Assembly (NCBI GenBank): GCA_963815115.1
Contig: CAWFFN010000007.1
Coordinates: 256,001 to 320,000, forward strand
DNA: 64,000 bases
Origin: an uncultured delta proteobacterium
Lineage (GTDB): Bacteria > Desulfobacterota > Binatia > DP-6
Reading direction: 5' to 3'
This document shows, piece by piece, positions 58,756 to 64,000 of this stretch. Position 1 is the first letter of the stretch. Each line of letters starts with the position of its first letter. A program made the translations under genes and the position numbers. The notes under the pieces are model-generated. The model had not been told where the DNA came from. It ran no database searches and saw nothing but the letters and a program-made list of their open reading frames with translations.

Positions 58756-59119
58756 GGCTCCCGGATATCTGGTTGATGGTGTAGCGCGGGACGAGGACCT
58801 CGATCACCGCGTCGTCGTCCTCGATCACCGCCTGGCAGCCGAGGCGCGACGTCGGCGTCAGGCCGGGTGCCTTGTCGAGCAGGTCCTCCTCGCTCTCCTC
58901 CGCCTCCGACAGCCGCTCGAAGCCGCGTTTCACCACGACGTGGCAGGTCGTGCACGCGCAGCTGCCGCCGCAGGCGTGCTCGAGGGGAACGCCGTGCGCG
59001 AGCAGCACGTCGAGGATGGATCCCGGCCGGCCGTCGTGCTGGAAGGGCGCACGTTTGAGGTCGACCTCGATCACCCGCTCGGGCTCGCCGCTCTCGAATC
59101 GCACGATCACCTTCGCCAT
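58748..59119 (-). CDS. fdx: 2Fe-2S ferredoxin (Fdx/ISC type)
   Basis: HACGGSCACTTCHV...DLLDKA...SRLGCQA; ATG at 59119. Confidence 0.88.
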   Translation of the reverse strand: MAKVIVRFESGEPERVIEVDLKRAPFQHDGRPGSILDVLLAHGVPLEHACGGSCACTTCHVVVKRGFERLSEAEESEEDLLDKAPGLTPTSRLGCQAVIEDDDAVIEVLVPRYTINQISGSHG

Positions 59120-59208
59120 CGAAGGCTCGTTTCTAGCAGGGGTCTCGGGACCGAGCGAACCGGGAGAATCTGTGGCGGCCCGGCGGCGGTGTGGTGTACA
59201 GCTGCCCA

Positions 59209-60054
59209 ATGCCGATCCACTACGAAAAGGACGGGCACGTCGTCACCATCACGATCGACCGGCCCGAGGCCCGCAACTCCCTCGACCTCGAGCACTTCGG
59301 TCAGCTCGCCGACTCCTGGGTGCGGTTCCGCGACGACGCCGAGGCCTTCGTCGCCATCCTCACCGGCGTCCAGGACGTCTACTGCGTGGGTGCCGACCTG
59401 AAGCGCTTCATCCCGATCGTCACCGAGCGCGCCGACAAGCTGGCGGCGGGCGAGTCGATGCAGCGGGTGGGCGAGTCGCGCTACAGCATGGCCCACTCCC
59501 TGGTGGCGGTGCTGCGCGACGGCGCCATCCTGCCCGAGACCGGCGAGGAGTTCACGCTCTACAAGCCCGTGATCGCCGCGATCAACGGCATCTGCGCCGC
59601 CGGCGGCCTCGAGATGATGTGGAACACCGATCTCCGCGTGTGCGCGGACGACGCCTGGTTCCAGCTCGCCGAGCCGCGGCGCGGGCTGTTCCCCGGCGGG
59701 GGGTCCACCGTCCACAGCGCGCGCCAGCTGTCGTGGTGCCACGCGATGGAGGTGGTCCTGCTGGCGGATCGCATCGGCGCCCAGCGCGCCCACGAGATCG
59801 GGCTCGTCAACCGGGTCGTGCCGCGCGCCCAGGTCATGGCAGAAGCCCGCGCGCTGGCGGCGACCATCTGCCTGAACGGTCCGCTCGCGGTCCGCGCCTG
59901 CAAGCAGTCGGCGAAGGAGAGCACCTTCCTGCCGCTGAAGGAGGCGCTCGAGAACGAGATGCGCTTCTCCGCCGGCGTCTTCATGAGCGACGACGCCAAG
60001 GAGGGCATCCAGGCCTTCAAGGAGAAGCGGCCGCCGGTGTGGAAGGGACGCTGA
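59209..60054 (+). CDS. enoyl-CoA hydratase/isomerase family protein
   Basis: ITIDRPEARNSL, CVGADLK, KPVIAAINGICAAGGLE, AEPRRGLFPGGG, EGIQAFKEKRPP. Confidence 0.92.
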   Translation: MPIHYEKDGHVVTITIDRPEARNSLDLEHFGQLADSWVRFRDDAEAFVAILTGVQDVYCVGADLKRFIPIVTERADKLAAGESMQRVGESRYSMAHSLVAVLRDGAILPETGEEFTLYKPVIAAINGICAAGGLEMMWNTDLRVCADDAWFQLAEPRRGLFPGGGSTVHSARQLSWCHAMEVVLLADRIGAQRAHEIGLVNRVVPRAQVMAEARALAATICLNGPLAVRACKQSAKESTFLPLKEALENEMRFSAGVFMSDDAKEGIQAFKEKRPPVWKGR

Positions 60055-60064
60055 AGGGCCGGGA

Positions 60065-60454
60065 TCACACGACCAGCAGGAGGGCGAGGACGAGCGCGAG
60101 CCCCGAGACGTACGTGCCGAGCGCACCGACGAAACGCAGCGGCTGCGGGCGGTCGAGGCTCGGTGAGAGCAGCATCCCGGCCGCGTGCACGTAGCGAAAC
60201 CCGGTTGCCGCGACGAAGGTCCACACCATCCACGGCGTCGCGCCCCGTGCGGCGATCGCCAGCATCAGGACGGCGAGCATGGGCGCATACTCGGCGGCGT
60301 TGCCATGGGCGCGGACCATCTTGTGGAGGCGATCGGTCGGATCGATCCCGTGGCCGATGACCGTCCCGGTCGAACCGCGAAGCACGGAGACGACCAGTCC
60401 GAGGCCGAAGATCAGCAGGCCGAGGAGTGCGGTGCAGACGAGCGCGACGGTCAT
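60065..60454 (-). CDS. MAPEG family membrane protein
   Basis: RAHGNAAEYAP, RYVHAAG, four hydrophobic helices. Confidence 0.88.
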   Translation of the reverse strand: MTVALVCTALLGLLIFGLGLVVSVLRGSTGTVIGHGIDPTDRLHKMVRAHGNAAEYAPMLAVLMLAIAARGATPWMVWTFVAATGFRYVHAAGMLLSPSLDRPQPLRFVGALGTYVSGLALVLALLLVV

Positions 60455-60530
60455 GGGGAGGTCTCCTTCCTTCTGGAGGAGAAGCCGGCAGGTGCAGGCC
60501 GATGCAAGGCGGCGGGCGACATCGACGCGC

Positions 60531-60575
60531 TTGACGCGATCATGCGTCCCCCATTACATTTAAGGTAATGCTTAA
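60531..60575 (+). promoter_or_regulatory. sigma70 promoter with a palindromic operator over the ArsR start codon
   Basis: TTGACG-N18-TACATT; TTAAG-GTAATG-CTTAA at 60560-60575. Confidence 0.7.
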
Positions 60576-60939
60576 CTATAGGACCGCGACGCTCGACGGC
60601 GCGTTTCGCGCGCTGGCGGACCCGACGCGCCGGGCGATCATCGAACGTCTGTCGAGCGGGGCTGCGAGCGTCTCCGACCTGGCGGAGCGGCAACCGATGT
60701 CGCTCGCGGCGGTGCATCAGCACCTGCAGGTCCTGGCGGCGTCGGGTCTGATGACGTGGGAGAAACGCGGCCGCGTCCGGTGGTGTCGCCTCGAGGGGCG
60801 GCGGCTTCGCGAGGTGGAGGAGTGGGTCCTGGCGCGCCGCCTCGCATGGGAGCACCGGCTGGATGCGCTGGCGGCGCATCTCGAGCGCGAAGAGCGAAAG
60901 GAGGGCAAGCGCCATGAGCGATCAAAGCGTCATTCATGA
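60568..60939 (+). CDS. ArsR/SmtB family transcriptional regulator
   Basis: FRALADPTRRAIIERL, SVSDLA, QHLQVLAASGL, KRGRVRWC. Confidence 0.92.
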   Translation: MLNYRTATLDGAFRALADPTRRAIIERLSSGAASVSDLAERQPMSLAAVHQHLQVLAASGLMTWEKRGRVRWCRLEGRRLREVEEWVLARRLAWEHRLDALAAHLEREERKEGKRHERSKRHS

Positions 60940-61372
60940 CACCGTGGTCGTACGCCGGCTGTACGATGCGACGGCGGAGCGCGTGTACCGCGCCTGGACG
61001 GAGGCCTCGCTCCTCGAGCGGTGGTACGTTCCGGGCGACGCGCAGTGGTCGGCGAAGATGATCGCGCACGACTTTCGCGTCGGCGGAACGAAGCGGATCA
61101 CGTTCGGGCCGCCGGACGAGACTTTCGTCGAGGACTGTCACTACGTGGACATCGTGCCGGAGCGCCGCATCTGCTATGCGATGACGATCGCACGGGGGTC
61201 GGTGCGCATCACGGTCTCGATGGTCACCGTCGAGCTCGTGCCCCAGGGCAATCGCTGCGAGGTGCGGGTGACCGACCAGGTGGCGATCCTCGACGGCGGC
61301 GACACCGCGAAGGATCGCGAGCGCGGCTGGGACGAGACGCTCGACAAGCTGCCGTCGGCGATCGCCGGCTGA
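60914..61372 (+). CDS. SRPBCC (AHSA1/START) domain protein
   Basis: RLYDATAERVYRAWT, DFRVGG, DIVPERRI, RERGWDETLDKL; ATG at 60914. Confidence 0.9.
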   Translation: MSDQSVIHDTVVVRRLYDATAERVYRAWTEASLLERWYVPGDAQWSAKMIAHDFRVGGTKRITFGPPDETFVEDCHYVDIVPERRICYAMTIARGSVRITVSMVTVELVPQGNRCEVRVTDQVAILDGGDTAKDRERGWDETLDKLPSAIAG

Positions 61373-61719
61373 GGACCGACCCGCCGAGCGCCACACGACC
61401 TCCCGCCCCCGCCGTTCGTCTGGACCGCTGCGATGGTTCACGCGGCACGAGATGCAAGCGGCCCGCGGCCATTCGCCTGACGATCGGCTGCCGTCCGCGA
61501 ACTGGTAGCCCCAGCAGCGTCGAAGGGCGGTGGTTGGCCCCGCTGGTCCCCTGGGTGGGGCGGTCAGGTCACCAACCAACAGAGCAAGCCCACACGCTCC
61601 CGGTCAAGATTCCCTTGACGTGGCAGGTCATCCCAGGCTAGACACCTCCCAACATCCCATGTTTTGGCCCGTCGTCCCCCGGGACGACGGCGCGACGCAG
61701 CCAACGGAGGGGGGTCTCC

Positions 61720-64000
61720 ATGTTCAGTCGCGCCCGACAGCCGAGCAGCCCGACGAGCGTCACTCGTGTCCCGACCGGTGCGGCGTTCCGTCGTTGGCGC
61801 AGGGTCCGCGTCCTTCTCATCCTTGCCGCCTGCGGCACCACCGGCCGCCCGGCCCTCGCCGCGACCCTCGCCGTCGACAACACGGTCGCGTGCAGCGACG
61901 GCACCGGCACCCCGTATTGCACGATCGGGGCTGCGATCGCGGCCGCTTCGAGCGGCGACACCGTCAGCGTGGGTGCCGGGACCTACTCCGAGAACCTCGT
62001 GCTGGCGAAGAGCCTCACCCTCATCGGCGCGCAGCAGGGGGTCGCGGCGTGCGGGCGTGTCGCGAGCGAGACCGTCATCACGGACGCCAGCGGCGGGACC
62101 CTGTCCCTGCTCAACCTGAAGACCCTCTCCGCGGGCTCGATCATCGACGGCTTCACGTTCTCCGGCCCTTGCGGGGGCACCGGCCAGCTCGAATCGACCA
62201 CCGGGCCGATCAACAACGTCCAGATTCTCCACAACCGGTTCGTCGGCTTCAACAAGAGTGGTGTCTTCCTGAACGACAACGGAACGGACATCACGGTAGA
62301 CCAGAACGATGTCGACGGCAGCAGCAAGACCACCTCCGGCGATCTGTTCCACCTCGACACGGACTCGTTCGCCGGATTCCAGTTCACCAACAACTGCGTG
62401 CACGGCGGTGCGACGGCTACCGGCTTCTTCGTGGACGGCAACTTCAACGTCGGTCCGAGCGCCGGCCGCGAGCCACTGTTCAGCGGGAACCTCATCGACA
62501 GCAACCTCACCGGTGCCAACCTGGGCAGCCGTTCGTTCACGGGTGGCGCCGGCACGGCGCTCATCAGCGGCAACACCTTCAGCAACAACATCTTCGACGG
62601 GCTGCAAGGCGGCATCCAGCACACGGCGATCACGGGCAACAAGTTCGTCGGCAACGGCCGGAACGGGCTCACCCTGACATCGTTCGGCAGCACGAACGCT
62701 GCCCGCGGAGCCCAGTTCGACACCATCACCGAGAATGGCTTCTGCTCGAACGGCTTCGGAAGCTTCTGCTCCGCCAGCGGGGCCGTGTGCACGATGGACG
62801 CGGATTGTCCCTCGGGTCAGACCTGTACGTCGCATGGCACCGGCCTGTTCTTCAGCGCCGGGCAGGCCGCGGGGACGATCGCGACCAACACGGCGAACGA
62901 CAACAATATCGCCGGGAACTTCGCGGGCGCGACGTACAATGGAACCGAGGTGGTCGACGCCACCAACAACTGGTGGGGCTGTCTCACGGGCGCCAATACC
63001 CCGTCGTGCGACACGGCAGGCGCCTCCCTCACGCTCCTCACCACGCCCTTCCTCGCCTCGCCGGATCCGATGGCCGTCCAGTGCCCGGCTCCCTCGACCA
63101 CCACGACGACCACGACCACGAGCACGACGGAGAGCACGACCTCGACCACCACCACGACCACGACCACCACCACCACGACCACGACCAGCACGACCACGAC
63201 CAGCACCACGACGACGTCGACGACGAGCAGCACGAGCACGACGACGACCACCACGACGACGACCAGCACGACCTCGACGACGACAAGCACCACCACGACA
63301 ACGACCAGCACGACCACCACGAGCTCGACGACGACCACCAGCAGCACCACCACGACCACGACCACGAGCACCACCACGACCACGCTGATCGACCACGTAC
63401 AGTGTTACGAGGTGAAGCCGGCACGGGCGCCGGCCATCGCAGTGACCGTGCAGGATCAGTTCGGCTCGCTGACGGAGAGCACCAGGTATCCGCACCGGCT
63501 GTGCGCACCCGCCAGCAAGAACGGGGAGGGTGTCCACGACGAGGTTTCCCACCTGGTGGGATACGTCATGAACCGGCCGCCGTTCACACGCCGCCCGAAC
63601 CAGAAGGTCGTGAATCAGTTCGGGACGATCACGCTCGACCTCGTGCGGCCCGACATCCTGATGGTGCCGTCGTCGAAGAGCCTGACGGGACCACCGACGC
63701 CGCTGGCGCCACCGACCATCGACCACTTCCAGTGCTACAGGGTCAAACTGACCGGCGGCACGCCGAAATTCGTGAAGCGCACGGTGGACGTCGTCGACCA
63801 GCTCGAGCACGTGACCAGCCTCACACTCGTGCGTCCGTACGTGCTGTGTGCGCCGGCGAACAAGAACCAGGAGGATCCGACGGCGCCGGGTCACCCCGAC
63901 CACCTGCTCTGCTACAAGACGCGCAGCAGCCCGGGCTTCGGGACCACCGACGCGTTCATCGACAACCAGTTCGGGCAGGCGCAGGTCAGGCTCATCCATC
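61720..64000 (+). CDS. large secreted protein, truncated by the window end: beta-helix domain, mucin-like Thr/Ser linker, repeated DHxxCY domains
   Basis: Absent from the ORF track because no stop occurs in the window. ATG 61720 after GGAGG; signal peptide; YCTIGAAIAAASSGDTVSVGAGTYSE, ISGNTFSNN, DATNNWWG; repeats DHVQCYEVK...DQFG...LCAPASKN and DHFQCYRVK...LCAPANKN...HLLCY. Confidence 0.88.
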   Translation, partial: MFSRARQPSSPTSVTRVPTGAAFRRWRRVRVLLILAACGTTGRPALAATLAVDNTVACSDGTGTPYCTIGAAIAAASSGDTVSVGAGTYSENLVLAKSLTLIGAQQGVAACGRVASETVITDASGGTLSLLNLKTLSAGSIIDGFTFSGPCGGTGQLESTTGPINNVQILHNRFVGFNKSGVFLNDNGTDITVDQNDVDGSSKTTSGDLFHLDTDSFAGFQFTNNCVHGGATATGFFVDGNFNVGPSAGREPLFSGNLIDSNLTGANLGSRSFTGGAGTALISGNTFSNNIFDGLQGGIQHTAITGNKFVGNGRNGLTLTSFGSTNAARGAQFDTITENGFCSNGFGSFCSASGAVCTMDADCPSGQTCTSHGTGLFFSAGQAAGTIATNTANDNNIAGNFAGATYNGTEVVDATNNWWGCLTGANTPSCDTAGASLTLLTTPFLASPDPMAVQCPAPSTTTTTTTTSTTESTTSTTTTTTTTTTTTTTSTTTTSTTTTSTTSSTSTTTTTTTTTSTTSTTTSTTTTTTSTTTTSSTTTTSSTTTTTTTSTTTTTLIDHVQCYEVKPARAPAIAVTVQDQFGSLTESTRYPHRLCAPASKNGEGVHDEVSHLVGYVMNRPPFTRRPNQKVVNQFGTITLDLVRPDILMVPSSKSLTGPPTPLAPPTIDHFQCYRVKLTGGTPKFVKRTVDVVDQLEHVTSLTLVRPYVLCAPANKNQEDPTAPGHPDHLLCYKTRSSPGFGTTDAFIDNQFGQAQVRLIH
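63094..63384 (+). repeat. low-complexity ACN/AGC/TCG codon run encoding a 97-residue Thr/Ser linker
   Basis: 96 of 97 codons are Thr or Ser (one Glu). Confidence 0.95.

Noticed and set aside
61443-61456. CGGCACGAGATGCA as a sigma54 promoter (also near-matches at about 10183-10197 and 24228-24242)
   Set aside because: GG-GC spacing is not 10 nt, or the -24 GG is missing.
63094-63384. Repeat tract as a CRISPR or non-coding array
   Set aside because: Triplet-periodic, in-frame codons with no repeat-spacer structure; no cas genes in the window.
62817-63508. Poly-Val and Trp/Ser-rich minus-strand ORFs
   Set aside because: Reverse complement of the Thr/Ser linker codons.

Overview
High-GC bacterial chromosomal window. 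Gene families and the Thr-rich/Cys-rich secreted proteins suggest a Binatia-like deltaproteobacterium (inference). Core loci: prkA-yeaH-spoVR-fmdB-ntrB-ntrC-thiE preceded by one sigma70 and two sigma54 promoter motifs; gltX with tRNA-Gln(CTG) and tRNA-Glu(CTC); an ArnC-ArnT-like fusion plus asnB; a malQ-glgE-treS/mak-glgB alpha-glucan cluster; a CheB/CheR hybrid kinase; many redox and lipid enzymes; two large secreted proteins. The most unusual feature is a tRNA-Lys(TTT) gene split at the anticodon loop by a 659-bp integrase-less insert (18098-18764). The insert is bounded by an 8-bp direct repeat, carries three tandem 11-bp arm-type-like repeats and encodes only a Thr-linker plus a basic helical C-terminal domain. 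Both tRNA halves are intact and perfectly complementary. Also notable: an RRM RNA-binding gene whose only plausible start is AUU, and a 1.4-kb frameshift-dense stretch inside a secreted-protein gene. Scattered single-base indels suggest a long-read assembly, so junctions need read-level confirmation. No CRISPR array, rRNA, transposase or integrase gene was recognised.
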